Of a stretch of DNA of 54,419 bases, positions 28,671-37,906 are shown in pieces. Source of the stretch: a virus (lineage: Duplodnaviria; Caudoviricetes); the IMG/VR virus record IMGVR_UViG_3300037590_000132, positions 1 through 54,419 of that record, one strand, 5' to 3'. The notes under the pieces are model-generated. The model was given only the letters and a program-made list of their open reading frames with translations, was not told the origin of the DNA and searched no databases. The position numbers were made by a program, and so were the translations under genes. Every line of letters begins with the position of its first letter. Positions within the stretch are counted from its first letter, which is position 1.

Positions 28671-28993
28671 TTCGTTTCCAAAACGTTTCGCGTCCCATTA
28701 AACCGCTGTCCCGAGAATCCGGATTTTGATAGGTCAGGCAAAACATCGTGATTTGCGGTACCAAACGGCCCTTTCGACATCCGCCCTATGGGACTCCCCA
28801 CTATGCGCATTACATTGCGCCATAGCAGCTCTATTGGGTGGCTTGTTCTCTCTTCTTCTTTTATATTTGACTGAGTTGTTGAATACATAGGGCAGATAAG
28901 ACAAGGGTGGTTTTGGCACTGGAAATCATTGGCTTTCTGGTGTCCCAAGGAGCACGAAATTGATGGGGCATCCTTGGGACTTTCATAGGGCAT

Positions 28994-31000
28994 TCAAAAT
29001 TCATTGCTTTCGGGTTGTTTCAAATGAAATGACGTTCGCAGCGGTCGAAGCAAGCGATAGAAGTACGGTCGATGAGTGCCGTTTGACACTCGAACTCGCA
29101 AATCTCCGAAAACCCGTTTCACCTCTTTGCCGAAATTTTTGTTGTTCATCGCTCGGTTTCCATGAACGATGCACCATTGACGATAAAGCGAATAAAGCGT
29201 TTCGCAATCAACGCCGCATTGCTGAGCCTCTGGTTTCTCTTTTTCAGTTTGCAGAAGGTCCGCATCCAGCCAGTCGACTTCATCCATCAAGAATTGGCGG
29301 GCTGAATTCTCTTCGATTTGGTAGTTTTCAATCGCTGCCATCGACTTTTCCGATTTCGTGAACTCGCCGTTCGATCGCAAACGATCCAGGCCGGCGATCG
29401 CCCAAAGCAACATCCCTGGAACTTCGCCCGAATCGAGCCACCATCGCCAGTTGTCCATCCCGCGAACGATTCGATCACTTGGAATTGATCGATTGAACGG
29501 AACCAAGAGCATGCGGCGCCATAGGCCTTGCGATCGGTCTTTGATCCGTGGACGGCCGTTGAATGACATCATCAGCTTTGCGGTGGGGCGAACACTGATC
29601 GGCGGCAGGTTCTTTCGGTCGAACTGCATCACATCGCCGCCGGTGAACATTTTCAGAATGCCCTCGGCCATGGAGTCAATTTCACCCACGTCGCCAGAGA
29701 TGTTGGCCGCCTTGCCGATGGTGCTGGCCAAATCGAAGCGTCCGCCAAAGTTCTCCATTGCCACATGCGACACGTTGGGGATGCCAAGCATTGCGGTCAG
29801 TCCAGCGAAATAGACGCTCTTTCCGTTTCCGCCTTCACCTTCCAGGGCAAGGAACCGCTGGTATTCGTTGGATCCGGTGAGCAGGTACCCGGCCCACTCC
29901 TGCAGCAGATCAATGCAATCCTCGTCTCCGTCCATGCAGAAATCGAGGTAATTCTCCCACTTGTCGCACTTCGCGTTGATGTCAAATCCGTATTCGAGCT
30001 TCACCGTCGAAAACCAATCTGGCGAATGGGAGATCAGCGAATGCTCAGCGTCGTTCCGGAACACGGCATCCAAGTCAAGGATTCCGTTTTCCATTGAGAT
30101 GTAGTGGCGTTCGCTCCGATCTGGCACCCACGATGGCATTTCAATTGAAGAGGAAAGCAAAGTCAGCGATTCCATCGCTCCGATCACGTTGGACACCAAT
30201 CCCCGTGTCACCTGTCGTACCTCACGAACTTCCTCGCCACGGTCAACACGCTCTCGGTATCGATTGTCGAACTCAGTTTTGATTGTCGCGGCGACCTTCG
30301 CCTTCAATTCTTGCGGTCCGATTTTTCGATACTTCCCATCACGATACCTCCACCATTCCTCACGCCAAAACCGCAGCTGACCACCGTGGTTGTCGGTGTA
30401 GTACCGAAGGTTCACCCGAGCGAGTCGATGAGGATCCTGATCCGCTTCTTCGATTTCAATATCGCTTACAGTTTCGGAATCGTCCCTTGCCTGGCTGTCC
30501 TTGTTTTCGATGCGATTGATCACATCCTTTGCCAACTGAATCACGGGGCACTTTGAGTCATCTCGTGCGTACGCCAACAACTCCTCATAGATCAAAGGCG
30601 GATCGATGTTGCGATCTAATCGTTCACCGATCCAATCGCGAATGTCCTTCCCGTGTTTCTCTTCAATCGGGTACGGCAACACGACATTGCGAACAGAAGC
30701 GGCGTGCTTTGCGATCTCGGGTGCCCAACCCCGCCAGTGATTGCCGGACGGCTTCGCTCGAACGGCTCCTTCCTGCCCAGGTGCGTCGCAATCGTGCACG
30801 ACAAAGACTTCCTTGCCTGCCATCGACTCCAGGAACCACTGCCCGTCCTGTCCGGCTGTCTCGGTCGCTCCATTGCTATTGCAAACGGCGGTGTGATCGT
30901 CAGGGGGCGAAAGAGACAGTATTGCCAACAAATCAGTGACGCCCTCGGTTTTCCAGACAACCGATGTGTCGGGCTTTACCCTTCCTACGATTCCAAGCAT
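28994..31000 (-). CDS. P4/D5-type primase-helicase, C-terminal part (TOPRIM plus SF3 helicase)
   Basis: KTEGVTD and HDCD..G..GA TOPRIM motifs; GEGGNGKS Walker A; no zinc ribbon. GGAG RBS and ATG at 31000. Confidence 0.9.
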   Translation of the reverse strand: MLGIVGRVKPDTSVVWKTEGVTDLLAILSLSPPDDHTAVCNSNGATETAGQDGQWFLESMAGKEVFVVHDCDAPGQEGAVRAKPSGNHWRGWAPEIAKHAASVRNVVLPYPIEEKHGKDIRDWIGERLDRNIDPPLIYEELLAYARDDSKCPVIQLAKDVINRIENKDSQARDDSETVSDIEIEEADQDPHRLARVNLRYYTDNHGGQLRFWREEWWRYRDGKYRKIGPQELKAKVAATIKTEFDNRYRERVDRGEEVREVRQVTRGLVSNVIGAMESLTLLSSSIEMPSWVPDRSERHYISMENGILDLDAVFRNDAEHSLISHSPDWFSTVKLEYGFDINAKCDKWENYLDFCMDGDEDCIDLLQEWAGYLLTGSNEYQRFLALEGEGGNGKSVYFAGLTAMLGIPNVSHVAMENFGGRFDLASTIGKAANISGDVGEIDSMAEGILKMFTGGDVMQFDRKNLPPISVRPTAKLMMSFNGRPRIKDRSQGLWRRMLLVPFNRSIPSDRIVRGMDNWRWWLDSGEVPGMLLWAIAGLDRLRSNGEFTKSEKSMAAIENYQIEENSARQFLMDEVDWLDADLLQTEKEKPEAQQCGVDCETLYSLYRQWCIVHGNRAMNNKNFGKEVKRVFGDLRVRVSNGTHRPYFYRLLRPLRTSFHLKQPESNEF

Positions 31001-31042
31001 TGGTTTCTCCTGCGTGGTGAAATTAAATGAACGTGATGACAT

Positions 31043-31072
31043 AAAAAAAGCCGACCCGAAAAACGGATCGGC
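31043..31072 (-). terminator. Intrinsic terminator after intI
   Basis: GCCGATCCG-TTTTT-CGGGTCGGC-T7. Confidence 0.8.
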
Positions 31073-31147
31073 AAGCGAAGATTATGAAAGCGGCACCGCT
31101 GGCACGGAAACCAGCGGCCGACCTTTTCAGATCGTCGGATTGCAGTC

Positions 31148-32158
31148 CTAGCCGCAGATCGATAGTACAGGCTGAGGCGAAGACACGGCAAGGCGATCCA
31201 TCGGGTTCGGCAAATGCTTGTCCGCAAAAACGGAAACGTGCGTGTAGATCATCGTTGTCGAAACGTCAGCGTGACCAAGAAGACGCTGAATCTCTCGGAT
31301 GTTCACTCCGTCCATCAGCATGTGCGTTGCGAAGCTATGCCGAAGTGAATGAGACGATCCTCTCTTGCAGATACCAGCTTTCTTGACAGCCTTTGTCACA
31401 TTGTCGCTGAACGTATCTTCTAAGGTTCTACCTCTTCCGATCTCATCAGTTTCGTTGCATTTCGCTATTCTGTTTGTGCAGAAAAGCCAATAGTATCGCC
31501 AGTCTGTTGTAGGCTTTTGTCCATTGCTTCCGATCTTGAAGGGTGGAATGCAACCGCCAGTTTTCGATTGAATATCACGCCGCCGATAGTTCAGTGCGAT
31601 CTTTGCTTGCTGGCGAAGCGGATCGTTCAGTGATTTTGGTATTGGAACCGTTCGGCTTTTCTTGTGCTTCGAGCACCACACTGTAAACATCTGGTTTTCT
31701 AAATCGATGTCTTTCAATCGCAGCCTGGAAACTTCGCCCACCCTCAAGCCGGAACCGTACATGATTTGAGCGGCTAGAAGATATCGACCTCGAAGGTTGC
31801 TGAAAATCCTCGAAACCTCTGAGGCACTGAACACCACTGGAACCGTTTCCGGTTTTGATTGTGTCCGTGTTGCGTTCAAACCAGTGAGCGGTTTTTCGTA
31901 GAGCTGGTTGTAAAGCCACAAGATTGCAAAGAACGCTTGTTCGTGCTTTGAAACAGAAGCCTTTTCGACGACTGCCAGGTAAGTGAGCCACGCTTCTACG
32001 TCGTTGTGATCCAACTCGCGAGGCGAAACAAGTTTTCCATCCCGGCGGTTGTATTCGCAAAATCGCTTGATGTGCTTCCAGTACGCACGTTCTGTTTTTG
32101 GCGACTTGTGCTGTTCTTTCATCTTTTCATGAACAGCTTCTCTCAGTGTTTTCGTCAT
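31148..32158 (-). CDS. intI: Integron integrase
   Basis: YGSGLRVGE, HSLRHSFATH and LLGH..VSTTMIYTHV, with an IntI-type insertion ending WRYYWLF. Adjacent to attC sites. Confidence 0.88.
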   Translation of the reverse strand: MTKTLREAVHEKMKEQHKSPKTERAYWKHIKRFCEYNRRDGKLVSPRELDHNDVEAWLTYLAVVEKASVSKHEQAFFAILWLYNQLYEKPLTGLNATRTQSKPETVPVVFSASEVSRIFSNLRGRYLLAAQIMYGSGLRVGEVSRLRLKDIDLENQMFTVWCSKHKKSRTVPIPKSLNDPLRQQAKIALNYRRRDIQSKTGGCIPPFKIGSNGQKPTTDWRYYWLFCTNRIAKCNETDEIGRGRTLEDTFSDNVTKAVKKAGICKRGSSHSLRHSFATHMLMDGVNIREIQRLLGHADVSTTMIYTHVSVFADKHLPNPMDRLAVSSPQPVLSICG

Positions 32159-32233
32159 TGTGTTCTTCCGTTGGAACCAAGCGATCGAAAGCTGCAACTA
32201 ACGATCGCATCGAAGGCATCTTACAAATTCGGA

Positions 32234-32278
32234 CTTATCCCTGGTGATGCCGAAACCGGGGATAAGAACAAGATAGGC
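32234..32278 (+). other. Candidate attI site (core GATAGGC at 32272-32278)
   Basis: Upstream of intI. GGATAAG-AACAA-GATAGGC has attI1-like spacing and its core is complementary to the R'' of attC1. Confidence 0.55.
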
Positions 32279-32298
32279 GGACGAGGTTGACATGTCCG

Positions 32299-32517
32299 TC
32301 ATGTCACTGTGTCATTTTTCGAAACATTGGTGCCTTCGCATCTGATGCACGGGACAGTGGTAATTCCACCTCCATCGTTAAATGGATACTGCCCTCTCCC
32401 ATCACACACGGCACACTTCGTTTCGGTGGTCCGCCTATCATCCGATTCTTTGGCAACCGGCTCGATCCGTCGCCGCCTATCAAACGATTGCTTTGGACTC
32501 ATTTCATTCGACTGCAT
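32299..32517 (-). CDS. Cassette 1 ORF: small CxxCxGxG zinc-finger protein
   Basis: CAVCDGRG...CIRCEGT; RBS and ATG lie inside attC1. Confidence 0.6.
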   Translation of the reverse strand: MQSNEMSPKQSFDRRRRIEPVAKESDDRRTTETKCAVCDGRGQYPFNDGGGITTVPCIRCEGTNVSKNDTVT

Positions 32518-32559
32518 TTCTTTCCCTCGTTGGATTTGCCAAAGAATCGGATGTTCCCA
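32475..32559 (+). other. attC site 1
   Basis: R'' GCCTATC, L'' CGATT[G]CTTTGG[A]C, L' GCCAAAGAATCG, R' GTTCCCA. Confidence 0.7.
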
Positions 32560-32973
32560 CTACCGAACATGCTCAATAGCTTTGCCCGGCTCACTGCTTC
32601 GCCAGTCCGGCCATTGCCGCTGTTGATTGATCGTCAGCTTGTTCGCCAAACCACTCACGATGTCGAGCGGGCAATAGTCCTCTCGGCACGCACCATCAAT
32701 CGCGAGCAATATGATGTCAATCCATTCTTCCAGCTTGCGACTCTCGGCAGCTTCTTCGATCTCTTTGCGCAAGTGATCAATTACACCATCGCTTCCACGG
32801 CGAGACGGTGGCCCGAATGTCGCGAAACTCCAATCCCGCTGTTCGATGATGTGATCGACAAGGTCAAATCTGTAGTTCCTGTGCGATACCGGTTCACCTC
32901 CCAGCGGAGCGGGAACAATGGGTTGCTCCGGAGCCTTTGGTTGATCGGCTGGTTGACTGGTTTGGGTTGTCAT
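32560..32973 (-). CDS. Cassette 2 ORF: DUF550 MazG-like dATP/dGTP pyrophosphohydrolase
   Basis: WS.ATFGP, HLRKEI.E, EWIDIILLAIDG, N..R.WPDWR...AIEHVR. Confidence 0.85.
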   Translation of the reverse strand: MTTQTSQPADQPKAPEQPIVPAPLGGEPVSHRNYRFDLVDHIIEQRDWSFATFGPPSRRGSDGVIDHLRKEIEEAAESRKLEEWIDIILLAIDGACREDYCPLDIVSGLANKLTINQQRQWPDWRSSEPGKAIEHVR

Positions 32974-33033
32974 GGCTTCACTTTCCTTTGAGGTTGTTGA
33001 TATGAATTGGCCCGGAGAACCCGAACGTTACCC
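32910..33033 (+). other. attC site 2
   Basis: CGGGAAC-AAT-GGGTT[G]CTCCGG[A]GCC ... GGCCCGGAGAACCC-GAAC-GTTACCC. Confidence 0.88.
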
Positions 33034-33040
33034 ATACGAA

Positions 33041-33754
33041 TCAGCCAATGTTGAGCAACGCGGGGTTTAACACTCCGCCACTTTCATTGGCCTCATCGCC
33101 TTCGGTTCCAATCTGCGTTTCCTTGTTGTGCCACCGCCGCAATCCTTCGCCGTGCTTCCAGCACTGAGACAGCATCGACACGGCTGCACCGTACATGAAA
33201 CCGGTGATTCCTTCGTCGTCCGCAAGGCGGCTCAATTCCTCCGCACATTCCGCGATGGTTTCGCCGCTCGCAATCCGCACCTGCATCAACCTCGCCCATT
33301 TTTCGGCGTACCTGACGCAGTAACTGCCGTATCCATCCTTGTTGGCGTCAACACACTTCTGCCAACCTTCGGCGTCGGACAATTCAATCGGCCCGGCGTT
33401 GCCTAACGCACCTTGCAAAACGAGTTCTTTCTCGCGTTGCTTCTGTTCGTATTTCTCGTTTTGGATGCGGCGACGTTCTTCGTTCTCCGCTTCGATCTTG
33501 GCATCGGATTCTTTTTCCGCTTCCGACAATTGCGGTTTGGGGTACGGCCCGATTGTTGGATTTTCGCCGAGGTATCCGCTAAGCCCACGCGACCAATCGC
33601 GGTGAATCAACTCTGGGTCTGACGCTCCTGACACAACGACCGTTACGCCGTTGAAATCAAACTGGCATTCGTCGCCATTCGATTTTGCGTCCGCAATCGC
33701 CGTTTTGATGGTGCAGGTGATTTCGTTTCCGATACTGGGGTCAAGCGTTCTCAT
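33041..33754 (-). CDS. Cassette 3 ORF: conserved phage hypothetical protein
   Basis: GAGG RBS and ATG at 33754; GITGFMYGAAV..L..CW..GE.LR.WHN...G.LNPA. Confidence 0.75.
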   Translation of the reverse strand: MRTLDPSIGNEITCTIKTAIADAKSNGDECQFDFNGVTVVVSGASDPELIHRDWSRGLSGYLGENPTIGPYPKPQLSEAEKESDAKIEAENEERRRIQNEKYEQKQREKELVLQGALGNAGPIELSDAEGWQKCVDANKDGYGSYCVRYAEKWARLMQVRIASGETIAECAEELSRLADDEGITGFMYGAAVSMLSQCWKHGEGLRRWHNKETQIGTEGDEANESGGVLNPALLNIG

Positions 33755-33766
33755 AGTGTCCTCGAT

Positions 33767-33888
33767 GGGTAACAAAGTGATGAACCGGATCGGCGGTCAT
33801 CGGGGGAAGGGTTGGTTAGTTGGTTTGGTTTGATCGTTCGTTGGGTCAATGCGGGCCACGCGCCGACCGGTTATCACAGACGTTCCAC
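33767..33888 (+). other. attC site 3
   Basis: GGGTAAC-AAA-GTGAT[G]AACCGG[A]TCGGCG ... CGCCGACCGGTTATCAC-AGAC-GTTCCAC. Confidence 0.9.
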
Positions 33889-33893
33889 GAATC

Positions 33894-34154
33894 CTATTCG
33901 CATTTGACGAAGATTCTGTGTTGTCCTGCGTGTCTCACAGTTTGCGAGATTTCGCGAATCTCACCCAGTTCGACCATGCGATCGACGCACGCAAGCATCC
34001 GCCACGAATCGCCCGTGCATGTCGATATTGCCTCATTCATTCGGACGGCACCTGCGAACTCCAATGCGTTAAAAACGTGTGCCCGGATTTTCAAAAACAT
34101 CCGTTGACCTTCATCCGTGAAGATCTCTTCGCGTTGCTTTTCGTAAACGTACAT
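33894..34154 (-). CDS. Phage hypothetical protein (winged-helix-like)
   Basis: GGGAG RBS; GDSW.MLACVDR.VELGEIREI. Confidence 0.65.
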   Translation of the reverse strand: MYVYEKQREEIFTDEGQRMFLKIRAHVFNALEFAGAVRMNEAISTCTGDSWRMLACVDRMVELGEIREISQTVRHAGQHRIFVKCE

Positions 34155-34179
34155 CTCGTGGCTCCCTGTCAATCGTTCT

Positions 34180-34545
34180 CGGTTTACTGCTGTCTCTCAA
34201 AGTGGACCGCGAAGGTTCCGCCCCCTCATAGCACTTTCCGTTGGCTCCGATCGTACGCTCGGCGGATAGCTCGGCCCTAGTTGCCGGGTTCGCACCGGCT
34301 CCCCGCTGTCGCATCAGCGGTCAAGGCTCGTTTTTGTCATATCGCCGGTCCGAGGTGACCGTCGTCGGGTTTCAATCTCTCGCCACTCCATGCCTGACGA
34401 GTGGTGTGGTCTAGCCGTACTGGCCTTGCCGCTGCAATGGTCGGTCGCGGGGTATCCCCTCACGCCACAACCAGCCAATCCACTGCGGCTCCCAAATCGC
34501 CAAGACCAGCCATGTCGGCATGGTGTGGTCCCATTCGGTTCGGAT
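34180..34545 (-). ncRNA. Candidate structured non-coding RNA
   Basis: About 400 nt without a credible ORF, containing several GC-rich hairpins including a T-loop-like GCCGG-TGCGAAC-CCGGC. Confidence 0.35.
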
Positions 34546-34569
34546 GATAAAAACAATAAACATCGACTC

Positions 34570-35136
34570 TTAAACTGCTACGCTGCTTTGTTGGACGGAT
34601 GGACGTGGCGAGTCGCCAATCTGCTTCAGTGCTGGGACAATCAATGGGGTCCAGATGTGATCCCAAAAACTCATCCACTGACCATTTGGTTCGTCGCATC
34701 TGTACTCCCAGGGTTCCATTAGGTGCGTTTGATCACACCAGCCTCGGAAATCTGTCCAGCCCCGTTGGAACTCATCAATGAACTCCCACTCCAAAGCCGC
34801 TTCTTCCTTGTCGAGTGTCCCCGTCTTGCGAAGAGAGATGATTTCGCTCTTGATGTGATTGACAGTGCGTTCGTCGCTTGGGACGCGAATGTTCCCATTC
34901 AGCATCTTCTCGCCCATATAGTCCCAATTGAGCCCAGCCAGGAACTGCGGCAGAGTCCGATCACCAATGTGACGCCAACAATAAGACCACTCCCCGTAGT
35001 CGCTGACGATGACGACTCGGCCAGTCTCCTCATCGATCAACAACCGTGCCCAACCCCATGATTTTGTGACAGCGCTGATCTCCCGCATCACGGTTTCCTT
35101 GATCGTCACTCCATCCGGTATCGTTTGCATCGCCAA
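34570..35136 (-). CDS. Phage hypothetical protein
   Basis: 188 aa Trp-rich ORF with SDYGEWSY.W and an RBS. Confidence 0.65.
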   Translation of the reverse strand: MAMQTIPDGVTIKETVMREISAVTKSWGWARLLIDEETGRVVIVSDYGEWSYCWRHIGDRTLPQFLAGLNWDYMGEKMLNGNIRVPSDERTVNHIKSEIISLRKTGTLDKEEAALEWEFIDEFQRGWTDFRGWCDQTHLMEPWEYRCDEPNGQWMSFWDHIWTPLIVPALKQIGDSPRPSVQQSSVAV

Positions 35137-35150
35137 GATTCTTTCCTTTG

Positions 35151-36077
35151 TTACGCAGATGTTTGGTATTCGATGGTGAATTCTTCGATCGCTTGTTCAC
35201 GGTTCAACGTTGGCATGATTGCCTTTGCCGTTTTCACTCGATCGACATAGGACTTGTGATCCAAGCCTTCCGCCGTGTGCCCGAGATATCGCCACGCTTC
35301 ACCGCCGTTTTTCTTGACTTCGGTGGCTCCGGTGCGGCGAAGGTGTTGCAGTGCACGATTGCAAACATCTGCATCGATTCCCGCCAGTTTTCTCGCCTTG
35401 CGGAACCAATAGTAAAATTGGCTTTCCGATTGCGGCCATCGAAGTGGTGTTTCTGCGTCGGGGTGGCCGGATTCCTGCAAGACCCTCGCAATCTGTTGAA
35501 AACCTGCCAGCGTTTGGTCCGTCACCTCGACCAAGTGCATGTTCTTGGTTTTGTGTTGCGACAACGCCGCGTTGTTTTGAACCAACCATTCAGACCGGAA
35601 ATCCCAAAGGTCCCGACGTCGCAAGCCAGTCTCATAAGCAAACCAAACAAGCGTCGCGAAATAGGTTGATCGCGGAACCCCGTTGGGCAACACACCTGGC
35701 AGTTTTCCCATTGCATCAGCGACCGTTTTCAACTCTTCGAAATCCCACGCCGCTGGATTCTTGGGTGCGATCTTGATCTTGCGAATTTTCGATCGCTTGA
35801 TCTTCTTTTTGACGTACTTCGCCAACGTGATGATGTTTTTCATCCCGTTGTCACGCGACTGATCGGACAGATCAGTGTGCAGCAATTCGTAACGCATCCA
35901 CTCGTTGATTCGCTTTGGTTTCAAATCCGCGATCGTTGATTTTCGACCGAGAAACCGATCGAAGCGGCGAACTGAACACATCAAACCAGCGACATACAAC
36001 GGCGAGAGCTCGCGGTCGCGATCGTAGTTCTGGACAACTTTCTGAAGTGTGCGATTCTTCTTGCTCAACGAACCCAA
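35151..36077 (-). CDS. Tyrosine recombinase
   Basis: YETGLR, QHKT, QHLRR, YLGH and HKSY catalytic pattern. Confidence 0.85.
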   Translation of the reverse strand: MGSLSKKNRTLQKVVQNYDRDRELSPLYVAGLMCSVRRFDRFLGRKSTIADLKPKRINEWMRYELLHTDLSDQSRDNGMKNIITLAKYVKKKIKRSKIRKIKIAPKNPAAWDFEELKTVADAMGKLPGVLPNGVPRSTYFATLVWFAYETGLRRRDLWDFRSEWLVQNNAALSQHKTKNMHLVEVTDQTLAGFQQIARVLQESGHPDAETPLRWPQSESQFYYWFRKARKLAGIDADVCNRALQHLRRTGATEVKKNGGEAWRYLGHTAEGLDHKSYVDRVKTAKAIMPTLNREQAIEEFTIEYQTSA

Positions 36078-36577
36078 CCCTGCAGCACGAGTTCGCCTTC
36101 AATGTTGGGCGGTTGCCAGCCTTCTGGCTTCAAACGCTTGCCGTCTTCTCGAATTGGACCGGTCATTTTCGCGTCATTGGCATCCAGGACCGCGTTCATG
36201 ACATGAACATCGCCAACTCCCAAGCAGGACAAACATCCAAGGGTGACGACCATCACGTCACAGCAACCATCGACCGCATCAACCAGGTTGAAATCCGCCG
36301 ACACGTTGAACACGATGTCTTCTTCGCGGACTGGGTGAAGATCAACACCTCCGTCCTGATCCGGAACACGAAGGACGATCGAAACGCCCAACGCCTGGCA
36401 GGTTTCCAAGGCTTCTTCCAGAATCAACTTCGCCCGCAGAATGCGTTCGTCTTCACGCGGTTGATCTGGCCACAAGCGAACGATTTGTTTCGCTTCTCGC
36501 ATGAACCGTTCCACCCGTCGCTGGTATTCGGTTTGAACAAAGCGACGTGGTGACTGATGCTTTTCTTGGGTCGGCAC
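36065..36577 (-). CDS. MazG-like/PRA-PH NTP pyrophosphohydrolase
   Basis: [17 protein letters not shown]...REDGK.LKPEGW.PP. Confidence 0.85.
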   Translation of the reverse strand: MPTQEKHQSPRRFVQTEYQRRVERFMREAKQIVRLWPDQPREDERILRAKLILEEALETCQALGVSIVLRVPDQDGGVDLHPVREEDIVFNVSADFNLVDAVDGCCDVMVVTLGCLSCLGVGDVHVMNAVLDANDAKMTGPIREDGKRLKPEGWQPPNIEGELVLQGWVR

Positions 36578-36702
36578 AATGGAACCTCATAAAGAGAGTG
36601 TTCCGAAGCGACCGCGAACGTCTGCCAGGTGGTGAGCCTGAATGTCGGATGGTAAGTCCGACGGGTTGAACGGTTGAAAAGATAGCGACGTGTCAGTGAT
36701 TG

Positions 36703-37179
36703 TCAAGCAATCAAACGCAGGTCGCTTGCGATGATCCTCAAATCAGGAGCATCTGCTGGGTGCATCACACCGTCTTGCTGGTCACGTTGACGATCGTTCA
36801 TCCACTTGGCAATGATCCGGATCATCTCTCGTCGATCGACGACGGACGGCTCAAACTGATGGCTCAGCAGTTCCCGTGGCCGAACATCGTCGGGTGCATA
36901 CAGTGCCAACTGCAATGTTCCTGGAGCGGAAAATTCGTTCGTCGAGCCTGGGTAGAACTGACGAAACATCCGCAGCTCGACGTCCCATCCGGTCACCAGC
37001 CAACGCGAGCGTGAAGTGTACGGACGCTTCAGGAATTCCATTGGCGTCAATGGCTCCGTCACCAGATCGCGGATCTTGTGAACGATCAGGTTTCGTTCTT
37101 TTCGTGGTGCCTTGGAAATCCAGCGAACATGAGTGTCCTTGGGGTAGAACAGCGTGATTTCCTTGCCTTTTTCAAACAT
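36703..37179 (-). CDS. WYL-like domain protein
   Basis: ITLFYP...RWLVTGWD....RQFY; GAAGG RBS and ATG at 37179. Confidence 0.5.
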   Translation of the reverse strand: MFEKGKEITLFYPKDTHVRWISKAPRKERNLIVHKIRDLVTEPLTPMEFLKRPYTSRSRWLVTGWDVELRMFRQFYPGSTNEFSAPGTLQLALYAPDDVRPRELLSHQFEPSVVDRREMIRIIAKWMNDRQRDQQDGVMHPADAPDLRIIASDLRLIA

Positions 37180-37252
37180 GCTTGGCCCTTCTTTGCTAGC
37201 AAATGGATCTTGAATGAAAGAAGCATTCTGGTAGCGGCCGTGACACGTTTGG

Positions 37253-37906
37253 TCACTTGCGGGGTATTTGTTGATGCACGCCGCTTGCAAATGCCCAAGC
37301 AAGCGTTCCTACCCAGCCCAGCAGCGTCCATCCAAAAACGATATTCAAGATGCCAATTGGAATCCAATTCTGGTGCGACCGAACGTATGCGATCGAAACT
37401 GGCAGCATGTAGACAGTCGCAAGCACGAAGAAAAAGACTGGGAAAATGACAAGCAACAGTCCCGTTCTTGGAATATCCGACCATGGCGTTTCGCCTGTCA
37501 GGACCGTGAGAACAGAGCCAACGACCATGAAAGATTCGGCTGCCGCAACAATCACGAAGATGAAGTACACAACTTGCAGAAGTCGGTCATCTGGCCACTT
37601 GAGCCATGAAAGCACACCGTTATTTTCTTCGACTGAACGGCATCGATCTTCAGCGACCACCTCTACTTCGTTGTCCGGGACAACAGGTGGAGGTTCAGGT
37701 TCAGGCGAAACAGATTGAGATTCAAAAGCTTTCAGTAGGGTTTGGACTTGGCTTGCTTTTACCCACTTGCCACCAGTTTCAGCATTTTGGAACACAGTGT
37801 GCGTTTGCAACAATTCCCCATGGAGAACCATCTCGCTGAGCTCATTCAGGGATAGCGGTCCGCTTGTCTCGCCATCACCAACGCTGTAGTACCAATCATC
37901 TGCCAC
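37253..37906 (-). CDS. GYF_2 (DUF4339) plus superinfection immunity (T4 Imm-like) membrane protein
   Basis: WYY...GPLS..EL...G.L...W..A; YMLP..IA..R.H.N...I.ILN..FGWTLLGW..L.WA. Confidence 0.85.
   Translation of the reverse strand: MADDWYYSVGDGETSGPLSLNELSEMVLHGELLQTHTVFQNAETGGKWVKASQVQTLLKAFESQSVSPEPEPPPVVPDNEVEVVAEDRCRSVEENNGVLSWLKWPDDRLLQVVYFIFVIVAAAESFMVVGSVLTVLTGETPWSDIPRTGLLLVIFPVFFFVLATVYMLPVSIAYVRSHQNWIPIGILNIVFGWTLLGWVGTLAWAFASGVHQQIPRK

Noticed and set aside
28667-28993. 108-aa ORF as a gene
   Set aside because: It has no motif and overlaps repeat-rich, origin-like DNA; left uncalled rather than excluded.
32287-32991. 234-aa plus-strand ORF in the canonical cassette orientation
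   Set aside because: It crosses attC1 into attC2, has no motifs, and is antisense to a clear DUF550 gene, so it is a shadow ORF.
34283-34320. Cobalamin riboswitch
   Set aside because: Only a T-loop-like hairpin matches; there is no B12 box or GCCACTG element and no related genes.
33889-36600. A fourth attC closing the unit that starts GTTCCAC
   Set aside because: No GTGGAAC with paired L boxes was found; GTGGACC near 34202 lacks the structure.
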